From positions 1 through 64,000 of the forward strand of contig MEDY01000150.1 of assembly GCA_001724265.1 (NCBI GenBank): a DNA stretch of 64,000 nucleotides. Reading direction: 5' to 3'. The translations under genes were made by a program, and so were the position numbers. How positions within the stretch are numbered: the stretch's first letter is position 1; every line of letters begins with the position of its first letter. Below the pieces are notes generated by a model. That model saw only the letters and a program-made list of their open reading frames with translations. It did no database searches and was not told the DNA's origin. Below, piece after piece: positions 38,395-50,870 of the stretch. The DNA comes from Rhizaria sp. SCN 62-66 (lineage: Eukaryota).

Positions 38395-40953
38395 TTAGGG
38401 TTCCTCCGGCGCGACCGCGAAGTGTGACCGAAGCAGCTCGAGCGCCGCCCGCGTCTGCGGCCGCGGGACGAGCATGAAATCGGTGTGGAACGTCGAGATA
38501 TACAGCGGGCAAATCCCCGCCTGCGTCACGGGCTGCGACAGCGAGTACACGACGCCGGTCTCTTCGAAACCCCAGACGCCCTCGAGACGGATGATGCGCC
38601 ACGAGCGACCCGACCAGGCCCCCATGGCCTCTTCCGCCCGCTCAGCCGCGGCCATAGCGCCTGCAGCGCTGGCGACCTCGTCACCGCCGTCGAGGTGCGC
38701 GTCCCCGCTGCTGCCGCCCGCGCTGGCGCTGTTCTTGCTGTTGCTACTGCTGCCGTTGATGCTGTTGCTGCTGCTGGCGTTGCTGTTGGCGCGGAGCCAG
38801 TCGTCGACGTTGTGTTCCGCGTCGCCCGCGGCCGCCGCGACGGCAGCCAGCGCACGCTCCTCCTCGGCCGCGGCCGCGAGGACATCGCGACAGCGCTGGA
38901 TGAAGGCGCCGGGCGACATGATCTCCGTCTCGGCACAGCCGCCGCGCCCCATCATGCCCGAGTTGCCCCCGCTATTGGTGAGACCGTTGACGCCGCTGTT
39001 GGCGTTGCCGTGACCGCGGGCGGGCGTGGCGGCGCGCACGGTAATGGTGGCGCCCACTGCAGAGCCGCCGGCGGCCGCGAGCGAGGCCGCCAGCACCACG
39101 TCGGTGCCCGTCGCCGCGGTGGAGTCCCGCAGCAGCAGCGACTCGGCCGCGGACGCCGCGGGGGCGCCGCTGCCGCTCTCGCGGGCCACGGCCGCGGCGA
39201 CCGACGCGGCGGCCGCGGCGGCCGCGGCGGCGGGCGACTCAGCCCGGAGCCCTCCGCAGGAGCAGCAGCGTGCGGCGCTCGCGAAGGCGTGTCTCGAGTG
39301 GTGCATGCCGCCCGCGTTTGCGCTCGCAGCCGTATTACATGTCGTATTGCCATTACCATTGTCGTTCGCGGCAGCGTTGGCATGATTGTGTGTGCAAGCG
39401 CGGGCGCGTTCAGCCGCGTTGCACCCGCCACGCTTGGACCCACGGCCGTTCGCCGCAGCATGGCTGCTGGTATTGCTGCTGTTCTGCGTAGTGTTGCAGT
39501 TGCACAGGCCGCCGCGAGATGGCAGCGCAGCGGCGACGTCGCCCTTGGTGCGCACCGCGCGCGCGGCCACGTGGTGCAGCGAGCCGTACGCCAGCAGCGC
39601 CAGCCCCTCGGCGTCGGCCAGGAGGGAGACCTCGCCGGCGACGTCGGTGAAGGACAGGAAGCGCGCGCGGCGCGCCGGGAGCGCGGAGGCCACTGCGGGC
39701 GCGTCGAGGAGAAACAGCAGCGCAAACAGGCGGTGCGCGAGAGCGGGCAGCAGCGCGCTCGGCAGCGAGACGAGGTACGCGGTGTGCGCGTTGAGGCGCA
39801 GGGAGAAGGCAGGCGCGCTGTTGCCGCTGCCGCTCATCGCGCTGCTGCCGCTGCCGCTGTCGGTGTGGCGTGCGCTGTGATGGTCGTCGCTATCAGTTGC
39901 CGCGCTGGCGCTGGCGCTCGTCGTGGTGACTCGGCCGTCCGTGGCCGCGGCGGAGACCGTGTTGTGCGGCGCGGCGTGCGGGTGAACCGCCGCTGCCTCG
40001 GTGACAGAAGCGGGGGAAGCGGGGGCAAGGGCCGCGGCGCTCGAGTGGCCGAGCGCCTGCTGCTGACTCTGGGTAAGACTGTGGCTGTGGCCGTGTGCAA
40101 TGTCGGCAGCGGACGCGTCGTCAAGCAGCGGCGGGCCGAGAGCCTCAGGGCCAGCCTCGTCGTCGCTCACACCGTCGACGTCGTCGCCCAAGTCGTCCTC
40201 GCCGAGGTCGTCCCCGTCGTCGCCGTTGCTACCGGCGTTGATGCCGTTGCGCAGCCGCGACACGCGGTGTGCGTGGTGCATCGAGTACGCGCCGGTCGCG
40301 AGCTCGGTGATCGCGGACGCGGAGCCGCCTACGCACGCACCGCCGCTGCCAGCGCCACCAGCGGCGCCCAGAACGCTGCTGCTACCGCCGCCACCGCCAC
40401 CACTAGCGCTGCCGCCGCCGCCGGGCTTGCTGGGAGTGGTGGGGTTGCGCGCCGAAGACGAGGGGATGCAGTTGTACGCACCGGAGGCGACGCCGCCGCC
40501 CTGGGAGCAGACTGACGCACTCTCTGGGGCGGGAGCGGGCTTGGCGGGGGCAGCGCCGGCGGCCGTCGCAGTGGCTAAGGAGGACGACGAGGACGACTGT
40601 GAGAGAGTCGATGCACCGGCGGCCGAGTGCGGGACTCCGTAGGGGCCGTAGCTGCCGGCGGCGCCGCCGATGTAGCATCCACCGGTCAGTCCGCCGTAGC
40701 CGCCTCCGAGACCAGAGGGCAAAGCGCGCTTGTCCGCGTGCGCTGCGCCATCGGCGTTGTCGTCGTCGTAATCGTCGTCGTCGTCGTCGTCGTCGTCATC
40801 GTCATCGCCGTCGTCCTCGAAGCCTGAGCGCAACGAGTGGAAGCGGCCGTGCACTGCGGCTTCGTCGAACGACGCGGCGGCGCCGTCGGGGGATACCGCG
40901 GCGTCGCCCAGCGGCCGCAGCGTCGCGTTCGCGAACACAGATGACGGTTGCGA

Positions 40954-40987
<34 letters not shown>

Positions 40988-41675
40988 TTGTTGCTGTTGT
41001 TGGTAAACGCTGAGTTGTTGTGGTGATGCGCGGGCGCGTCAGGGGAGTCGCCCCAGTCCCAGCGCTCGGTGACAAACGTGAAGCGCGCGTGGAGCACCTC
41101 AAGCACGGGCTCAAGCTGATCGCAGCGCACGAGGACGTAGTCCGACGAGTCCGTGGAGAGGTAGAAGATGGAGTAGCCGCGACGCGAGAGCTCGCCTGAG
41201 ACTGCGGACACGAGTCCCGTTTCGACCTTGAACGAGGTCATATCGCCCTCACTGATCTGCAGCGCGCGCCAGTAGACGGTCTTGCGCGGGAAAAGCGAGC
41301 GGGGGAGCAGCGCGCGCAGTTGGCGCGAGTGCCACTGGTCGCAGGTTAAAGATACGGTGTCATGCGAAGTCTGGCAGTATGACAGGAAGCGCGTCGTCTT
41401 GGGAGAGTACAGCAGCAGCGCCGCAAACGCCTGCAGGTTCGCGACCACAAGCGCCTTAGGCACCTCGATAAACATGAGCTTGTAAGGCAAAATCGTCAGG
41501 AACTGAAGTCGGGGTAAAGTGGAGAATGGGGGGTAAGGTACGCGGCATCGGGAGGTGCGGGAAGGAGTCAAGGCCGTGAAACGGGGATGCGATTATAGAT
41601 AGCAAGACGGACCATGTCAATCGCATCGGGATTATCACCGTGCGTGTAATCCGCGTGCAAATGCGAACCGTCCAT
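38395..41675 (-). CDS. CASTOR/GATS-like tandem ACT-domain protein with large low-complexity inserts (exons 41675-41613, 41502-38395)
   Basis: Two repeated units: M|FLTILPYKL..RFLSYCQT..WRALQI..ETGLVSAVSGELSRRGYSIFYLSTDSSDYVLV and FSLRL..RFLSFTDVAGEVSLLAD..WRIIRL..GFEETGVVYSLSQPVTQAGICPLYISTFHTDFMLV. Intron GTCCGT..TTCAG; ends TAA. Confidence 0.82.
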
Positions 41676-42061
41676 TCAAACTTTGCGCTGACGGACGTAG
41701 ACAGACAAATTCGTCGTGCCTGAACAGCACCATGAAGCGCTTCGAGCCGCAGCAGGCTCGCCCGACCGTGAGATCACCAGTCAGAGGAGGGGGAGCCGAC
41801 CGAATCGCTTTTAGCGAGTCAAACTCAACATAAATTCGCGAAATAGTTTTAAATTGTTCGTTTTCCTAAATTAAGGGTATTTATCTAAAAGGAAACGAAA
41901 CTAATCAACTTAAAGTCCAGCGAAGTTCTGTCTACTCCGCCTCTTGTGTTAAGCGCAACTTGAAACAGATTCGCGACTGCTCTGTGCATCGACAGCGCAT
42001 CCAAACAACTACCTAAAGCCACAGCAGCAACCCGTATGAAAGAACAGGCATTGCTTGATCT

Positions 42062-45000
42062 ATGAGCCATGCATTCCACGCCATCTCTTCCTTCTCAGAC
42101 GACGAGGACGATGATGTTGTCATGGTCCACTCTCCGTCCCAGACTTCTGCCTCGGCCAACAGCACTGGTACCGGGCCCGCTGCGCCGCACGGCCCGCGCC
42201 CAAAGCAATATGTTGATCTCACCGCGCTGCACTCGCCCACACAGCAGCGCGCCCGGCTGACTGGTCCGTTTCTCTCGCCGACAGCTTCCTCGCGGGAACC
42301 GGCGCCACCTCTTCAACAAGAGCTACAGCAATCAGCCTTCGCTTCAGCGCCCGCGCGCGCGCTGCAGCAGGCGTATGCAAACGATAACAGCGAGAACACT
42401 TACCAACAGCCGTTGCGGGCGCCAATTCACGGCCAAACCGGGCTGTTACGTCCTGCAGTAGCTGCGCCAACGCCAGGGCCAAACTTCAAACGCTTCCGTC
42501 CCCAAGCCCACGTCCAGGGAGGACCTGGGGGACGGCCGCTGCTGACGCCGCAGCAGCCGCAACCGCAACAGCAGCAGCCACAGCAACAGTTACAGCAACA
42601 GCCAATGCAACGGTTACAACAACAGCAGCAATAGCAGCCACAGCCACGGCCACAGCAGGTTAGGCAACCGGCGACAAAGACGGAGCCGGGACAGCGCACT
42701 ATTGCCGCATCAACTGCAACCGGGGCTGAGCTTGTGCTCCCTGTGACACCTGCGCTATCATCATCGTCTTCGTCGTCGCTGTCTTCGTTGCTGCAGCCAC
42801 AGTTGCAGTCGCCGCCAGTCGCGTCGCTGGTAGTGCCACCGCCGTCTCAATCAGAGCCTGCAGCAGCAGCCCTCAGCGGGGACGTGTTGCCGCTCAGCCT
42901 AAGCAGGGCGGGAAGCACCAAGCGCGAGCTTGGTCTTCACACGATACAAACATAGCAGACATACGGTCAACTAACGCAGCAGCAGCAGGAAAGCGGCCAG
43001 CAAAGGTTGCCCCAGAAACCGCCTGGATCGCTGGTGAAACGAGAGCCTGGCATTCAGCTACAGGCGCAGCCACCGGCGCAGCGCAGCGCAGCTGCACAAG
43101 TTCTGGGGCCGGGGCCCGGCCTCCGTGGGCGCGGTCGTGGCGTGCTGCTGGTCCGCGGCCGCGGCGGGGCGGGACTTGTGCGCGGCGGCATTGCTCTTAG
43201 GGGCGGGCGCGGCGGCGGGGCCGTGGTCAAGCGGGAGATAATACGCCACCAACAGCAGCAACAACAACAACCAAAGGCCGAATTGCTTCAGGTAGCACAC
43301 GCACAAGATCAGCAACAAGTGCAACAGGAGCTGGCTAGCAGCAACGTGGCTTTCAGTCAAGAACAAGCTCAATATCTGTCAAGCGTGAAACACAGCGCGA
43401 GTCAAACGCAAGCGCAAGACTCACAACAGCAACAGTCGCAAACAGGTGCGCTCGAACAAGATGTGGAACACAGATCGCCCCATACGCAACAGTCAAATGA
43501 ACAGGGTGATGTGCTCTTCCCGCGCATTGAGCCAGTTGCGGACCCGTTGCTTCTGGCGCCTGTTGTCGAAACTGGCAGCGAGGCGCGCGCAGTGGCGATG
43601 GCGGCAGCGGCGGCGGCAGCAGCCGCCACAGCAACGGCTGAGCAGCATGCGCTGCCTGCTCAGCAACACGCCGCATTATCCTCCGCAGATGATCGTGTGA
43701 TTAACACTGCAACTGCGTCGCAGGAGCAGCAACAACAAGAGAACGAGCAAATGCAAGATCAAGAGAGCGTGGAACTTGAAGAAGATGTTTATGATGATGA
43801 CGCGGATGTTGTGATTGAGGTACGTCGTGCAATTGAGAATACTTAATACTCAAAGTCTACATCCCAAAGCTCACCACATAATATAGTACTATATGGTCTT
43901 TTTTTCTGGTCACTCGTAGTTGTATCAACGCTTTTACTCTGCAGTCCGGCGCTTGCAGCCGCGGCCGCTCAAGGGCGCGCGCAGCGCCGCAGCCGCGCCG
44001 GTGCGGTGGCACCAGCCTCTGTGGGATAATTCACCGGTGCCGGTTGTTGCCGCAGAGCTGGCGCGCACGTTTGCGCCCCACGAGGCACATGCGGTACGTT
44101 GAACACTCTATGAGATGTGTTTGATGACAAAAACAGCGTTATCTACTCGATTTCAGTTTACCCCATGATAATCTCAACGGATATTTTTTTGATTTCACAT
44201 TTTCAAACGCCGCGTTTGAAACAGCTGCTGCTGCTACACGCTGACGCGGTTGCAGCATTGCGCACACGTGTCGTCATCGCGGCACAACAGCTAGGCGAGG
44301 GCCGCGCAGACACAGCCTCAGCAGTCACAGCCAGTGACCCTGCCGCGGTTGCTTTGTGGCAGCGCGTGTCGCACGCTCTCGCGACCCCAACGGTTACTGC
44401 GTCGGAGGGGCTAGCGCCCGCAGCACTCGCCACGACGTTAGCCAGCACGTGGCCATCGCCAACGCTGACAGTCGGCGCCGCGGCGGACGGCAGTAGCCAT
44501 GGGGCGGTGATGCATGCGCTTTCGCTAATCGTCAGCGCAGGCGCCGCGCTCGAGCTCCGCGGGCGCCCGCTCTCTTGCGCCACTGGGAGCGCTATTGGCT
44601 CCACAGCAGCAGCAGGTGCATCGCTTGTGCCGATGCCGTTGGTGTTGCGGTCGCGCGCAAGCGGCGCGTTCTTCACACTGTCACTTACTGGCAGCGCAAG
44701 CGGCGGTCTGCAGCAGCAGCAGGGAGGAATTTGGGGTGGCGCAGCGGGTTGGCAAGCGTGCGTGCGAGCCTTAGCTGTTGCTGCAGCGTTGGCAGCAGCG
44801 CCGGCAGTAACTGTGCGTGCCCTGTCTGCGCTCACAACGCAGACACCACCAACAATGTCGATGGCACCAGCGTCAAGGTATAATGACGCTGCAAAGACCG
44901 CCAAGTAGCCAGTGATACGCGCAGAGCAACTACTCGCATTGCCTGCGCCTCGTTCGCAACCAGAAAAGGCCTCTGCAACAACAAGCAGCACAAAAGCAGC

Positions 45001-48000
45001 CCAAGGAATAGCGCTAACATCCGTGTCAACACCCACGCAGGCACCTGCACAGGCACATACGCAGCAGCAAGTTTCCCCCGACAAGGCAGCCGCATTGGGA
45101 CAGCTGATGGCACTGTTGCAGGCCGCGACAGCGCAGGCCGCGGCCTTGGGCATCGAACTGCCTGGTGGCGTCGTGCCCGTTATATCAGCTGGTGAAAGCG
45201 CGGTGACTGCACTCCAGGGAGGCGAGTCGTCATCAACAACACTCGGCGTGCCTGTAACGCCGTCTGCGTCAGCGCCGCAACGCGCGCCGCTGCCGCAAGG
45301 GCAGATCCAGCTTCGACAATCGCATCCACAAAAACGGGGGCACGCTACTGTACCTGAGCTGATGCCGCCGACGCCGCAATCACGGGTCGCCACAACCTTG
45401 CTGACCGCTGCATCGATACGGAGCGTTGTGACTGCAACAGACGCCGCACAGGCGGGCGCGACATGTGTGCTGTCCCCTGGCATGGAGGTGATTGTTGCGC
45501 CAACGCTGCTGCTGGCATCGCTTGCGCGCGCGCTCACTGCTGAGGACACCACAACCGCGCGCATTTCTGCGATAAAGCGCGAAATCAACGCATTCGCAGA
45601 AAAGGCAGCTCCCGACACCAGCGACAATGCAGTGGCTGCGCTCGTTGCACAAGCCGGCGCCGTCGAGCGCGAGGGCGCGCGCGCGGTTGCACTGGCGGGC
45701 GCACTGCGGCGGGTCGCGGCTGCGCAGACGCTGGCGCACCACGCAGGCCAGCGCGCGCGCGACGCCGGTGCGGCCGCGGTCGCCGGCGCGGCTGCGGCGG
45801 TGGCGGCGCTTGGAGCGGGCGAGCTGGATGCGTACGCGGTGTGGGCGCATGCAAGCGCAAGCGCGAGTATGCGCAATGTAAGCAATAATATAAGCGCTGC
45901 TAAGCGCGACGTATATGGTATGGCTGTTCATGATGCAAACAACAGTGAGCAGCAACAACAGCAAGAGCATGGCCCGGGCCCGTTGGCGCGCGCGCTAGGC
46001 GCGGCGACGTCGTTGGCGCCTGACGGCATCGCTGCGTTGCAGTCACTCGCACAGGCGGCGCACACCACGGGAGCGTCGGCTGTTGGTGGGGCTGTGTCTG
46101 CAGCCACTGTGGCCGCGACAGTCGTCGCAGTGCACTGCGGCGGCGGGCTCAGCGGGGGCCACACACACTGGGATGTGTTGGTGCTGCGCGTACGAACGCC
46201 TGCGTCCGAGTCTGCTGCTCTGACCTCGGCAGCAGCGAGTGCGGGCACAAAGCGCGGACACAGTGCTGCGCGCGGAGGTCGCGGTCACAGTAGCGGGGGA
46301 GGCGCTGCGCAACCAAAGTGGACGCTCATCGCAGTCCCACTGCCGCACCCGCTGCTGCACGAACAGTCAAAGCTGCAATCATCAGATGTCACAATGGCAA
46401 CGCGCGCAGTGCGCGCGGCAAGCATTGGTGTTTGTTGTTTTCGACAGACCGCAAAGATACCGACAGCATCATTCCAGGCAGGAGTTGCAACAGAGAGTGA
46501 CATGTTGCATGCGCTAAGTCAGCTCAAGCCCGGGGCGGTTGTGACGGTCACATCAGCGTTGCCGCATCGAATCGGCGAGTTGCCGCCACAAAGGCGCGCA
46601 ATCGTGACCACGCCCCCACAGCCTCCAGCACCAGTTGCCGACGGCTTAGATGCTGCAGCGGCGCTGGCGCGCTGGGCGGTAGACGCTACGGCTCAAGTCG
46701 TGCTGTTGGGGGACGGTAGTGGCGCTGCCATTGACTGGGTACGTTACTAAACACACATATCTCGACGATCGCAATGATATGAATATCTGCACAATGCATC
46801 TGGTCTAAATTCAAATGCATTCTTGTTTGCTCAACTCCTTGTGTTCTTAGTCAGAGCCACCAGTAACAGTGCAGCTTATGCAGGTTACAGTAGGCGCACT
46901 AGAACAACTCAAGCCCACTGATGTAACGCAGTTGAAAACGGTGCAGCCACACGCCGGCTTATATAAAACTAATCGATTTGGTTTAGATGCAGGCAACAAC
47001 GCGCTGTCAGGCTCTGCAAGTGCATTGCGGCGGCAGCTCTTGCTGCAGTCTGGGACAGCGTTCGCAGCTCTTTCGACTCCGCGCGCGGCGTCGTTGCTAT
47101 CTTTGCTACTGCTCCGTCACATACAACCTGCACATGCATCGGGTGCAAGCGCTTTGCATGCTTCAGATGCTACTGCCACACAGTCTTGCTCGACAGCAGA
47201 ACCAGCATGTATCGCCAAACAATGCTGCGACAAGTTCGCGGCACTTGCAACCTTCCTGGGTTCAGTGCCCGCGGCTGCGTCGGTCAGCAACGCGGCACGT
47301 GAGGCTGCAGCTGCGTGCAATGCATACGCCCGCTGGGCTAGCACTGCGCCTGCGGGTGTCGCAGCCGCAGTGCCGCAAAGCGCGATACCGAGTGCAGCAG
47401 CGGCGGCAACTGCGGCGCTCGCGCGCCTGCGAGCAGCGCTCTCTGCCGTCTCGCACCCCACTGACACTCTGACCAATATTCATGATAGCAGCGCTGCCGG
47501 CGCGCTGTTGGAGCTTGAGCCTGCGTTGTGGGCCGCCGTCTGCGCGCGCGCCAACGCCGCCGAGGCGCTCGCCGACTGCGCGCGCGAGGCGGACGCCGCG
47601 GTCGCCGGCGCCGTGGCGGAGGCCGCCGGCGCGCAGACCGGGACCGGGACCGCGGGCGCCGTGTGGGGCCGTGTCGCGGCGGCGCTGCCGCGGCCGGTGC
47701 TCGACACTGCGGAGGCGCTGGCGGCCGCCGCGCTGGGCGAGGTGGACGAGGAAGCTGTGGCTGTGGCGACGGAGGCAGTGGAAGCAGCGCAGCAACGGCG
47801 CTAGCGACTGCGGAGGCAAAGCAGCTCTGTGTCGACAGACGGTGATGGTGCACAAGTGCCACATAGGGAGCACAGCAACCTGTTTGAGCTCAGTAAAAGA
47901 TTCGCTAGTTCATCATGTGTGTTGGTTGATGCGGGAAGTGATCGTGAGCAAGAGTACTCCGCGCAGACAAACGCATCAAACTCTGTCCGACACTCTGTCA

Positions 48001-48311
48001 CGTGCCTTGCGTTACGAGAAGCTGTAGACGCCGCGGCAGCACTTACTGCGCTTAGTAGCGGCTTTGAAAATGCTACCAAGCTTGCCAGCACAGCATCATG
48101 TGCGGGCGTTTGTTGCTGGTACACGTGCGGCCGCGACAGTGGCAGGTGTGATGGTGTGTGGCGCAGTGACATACACTGCGCGAGCGCTGAGAGGGGTTAT
48201 ATGACTAGAAATAACAAAATCCCTGTCTGTATTGTGTATGCACTATGTGGCGCAATCGAATCAGCGATGGCCGCGGTCAGTGCAATGTTGTGCGGTGGTG
48301 GGCATGATTGA
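42062..48311 (+). CDS. Large unknown protein (~1950 aa; Gln-rich and RGG-containing N-terminus) with four in-frame TAG codons (exons 42062-43819, 43920-44093, 44225-46738, 46851-48311)
   Basis: ORF-track pieces 42062/42734/43007, 44117/44912 and 46869/47829 share a frame within each exon and are separated only by TAG (42632, 42953, 44906, 47802). Three phase-0 GTACGT..AG introns join the exons; ends TGA. No family recognised. Confidence 0.72.
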
Positions 48312-48783
48312 TATTGTACAGATATTGACTACTCTCAGTACGGAGTTGGAAGCGCGAAGAAGAAAGATACTTGATATATCAACACATGTGTTGCAACAGA
48401 GAGTGAAGATAATTAGAACACATTTGAATCTAATTATATAGCGAAATCATCACATATATCTAACTCATTCAAGATATGTCGTTCATACAGTACGTATTTA
48501 GATGTTCCCTCTGAGCACCCTCCATGTCGTTGGGCGCGAAGGTGTTGCGGATGGCGTCAATGCGGACTAACTTTAACCAAACTGTTCTCGTTCAATTCAT
48601 TGTCTAGTCGTTGATAATGTTCGCAGTACATTTTTTCAGTGGGGTTCTTTTTAATTTTACTATAATTTGTTATACACTCAAAACCTGATTGCTCACCACT
48701 TCTTTCCGTGAACCGGATGTGACATGATTTCTGTCGGTCTACGTCGCTCCCGCAATTTCGCTCTCTCCTTCAGCCCGAGGTCA

Positions 48784-50553
48784 ATGGCAATTGATTGGGA
48801 CGATACATTTGCTTATAGCACGTTCAAGGTACGCCGTTTTCGCGACTTTTGTCAAATACATTGCCGCAACGCTTGGTAGCTGACTCCAAAGTGTGCAGTC
48901 TCGCTTCTGGCTCTCATCGTCTTTCTTTTTTTTTTTCTTCTTTTTTTGTACTTGAATCTCACCTCACATTCGTGTTCATACATCTTAATGGTGATGTCTG
49001 TGTATACCACCCGCTCTAGGTTGTACGCGTGCGCGACCGCTATCTCGGTATCCTGCGACTGGTGCTTGTCCTGCTCATCGCCGCCTATGTCCTGGTCAAG
49101 GTCCTCCTCATCGACAAGGCCTACAACGCCACCGAGATCCCCATCGGCACTGTCCGCTCCTCGCTCATGATGCCCGAGGCCACGATCGACCGCGCCGCGC
49201 TGTCCTATTGTCACGGCAACACCGCGGGCGGCGAGCCCTGGCCGTTCCCGGCGGAGGACTACAATTGCGCGATCTGGGACGACCAGTACGTCCGTTTCCC
49301 CGCCGAGGAGGTCAACGGCCTCTTCATCACCTCGCGCGTTCAGGAGGTCTCGCAGACGTACAATTGCGGCGACGGTGACATCACCGCGGCGTGCCCCAAG
49401 CCTTTCTCGAACGCCGGCGACCCGACGACAAGCTTCATCGCCGGCGTCGAGCAGTACACTCTGGGCCTGCAGCACTCGTTCCGCTCCCCTCTCTTCTCGC
49501 TCGACTCCGAGTCAACGGTCTACAAGGGCTCCTCCAACGCCTACAGCGGCGTCATGCTCGACTTCAATGGCAAGGAGGTGATGAAGTTCCCTGTGGACGT
49601 CACCTCCGACAAGCCTGACGTGTTCACGCTTGGTGACCTGCTCAATGCCGCCGGCGCTTCGCTGTCTGATCCTTCGAACGGTACGCTGCATTTGCGATAT
49701 TTATTTGAGATATACGACGATGAGTCAGTCCGAATAGTGAGGTGCCTGTAGTTTTCAGTGTACATGCGAGAATATTTTCTTTAATTGCATCGTATTTGTC
49801 TCGATTGACTCTTTATCTTGGCTCATTGGTACATTTGTGTGACGTTCACTGCAGACCCTAAAAACTCGCTGCGCTACTCCGGCATGGTGCTCCTGGTGAC
49901 GGTGGACTACACCAACGACGGCCACCCGTCGTCGACGCGCTACACCTACCGCGTTGCCGCCATCCCCAACGCCGACTACAAGATGTTCGAGGTCCAGTCC
50001 GGCGTCAACAACGGCCTGCCCCGCCGCAACGCTGAGTACGTCTCCAGAGCAATTGGAGTATGACGACAACAATGACGGATGTTGTTGAATAGTTAAAGTG
50101 TGCAATCACATGATTTTACAACTGCAATCTAGTACAACTGGACTATACTTATCATCCTTGCTTTATCTTACTTCGATGTCTTATGTTTTGATTCGACTTG
50201 TTTTTAGCCGTCGCTCTACCAAGCGCGCCGGCCCCAAGATTATCTTCGTCGTCTCCGGCAAGATGGTCCGCTTCGACTTCCAGACCTTGCTGATCCAGCT
50301 CGTCTCGGCTTTGGGCCTGCTGTCAATGGCCACCATCGTGGTCGAGATGCTCATGCTCTACGTCATGCCGCTGCGCAAGCGCTACAGTGACGCCAAGTTT
50401 GAGTCCACCGTCGACTTCTCAGACGTCCGCGACGGAAACGAGCAGCTGCTCGCCGTCAACTAGATGGACCAGGCGGTCAGTCTCGACAACGCCGCTGTCA
50501 ACAACAACGGCAATGCTTCCAGCGGGCTCTACCAGCCGCCGAGTGACGTCTAA
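48784..50553 (+). CDS. P2X receptor-like ATP-gated ion channel, Dictyostelium/algal type (exons 48784-48828, 49020-49680, 49855-50035, 50208-50553)
   Basis: IDWDDTFAYSTFK|VVRVRDRYLG + TM1 + KAY; LRYSG; GPKIIFVVSGKMVRFDFQTLLIQLVSALGLLSMATIVVE (TM2); YSDAKFE (YxxxK). In-frame TAG at 50461 is followed by 29 coding-like codons to TAA 50553; under the standard code the gene would end at 50463. Confidence 0.88.
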
Positions 50554-50870
50554 GTAGCCCGTTCGCCACGTGTAAGTGTCTGTGTACGCAAGGACTTGAC
50601 GTTGGATTCTTGTTGTTGTGTATATTATATCTCTAACTGTTACCTCGGATTTTATTCCTATTTTGCTTTTGAATTGACAACTATCACAACTGTCCGTCCA
50701 CCTTACCTATAAATATAATAAAACCTCCGCTTTACTCGCATGCAAGAATCACACGAATACGTTGTTTGTATTAATCGTAGCTAGTGGAAATCATGTTCAT
50801 AAATAACATTAAAGTAAGCAGTGCAATGCGATTGATCAGTGAAATACCGAGCATTGCAGTTTGTTCGCAT

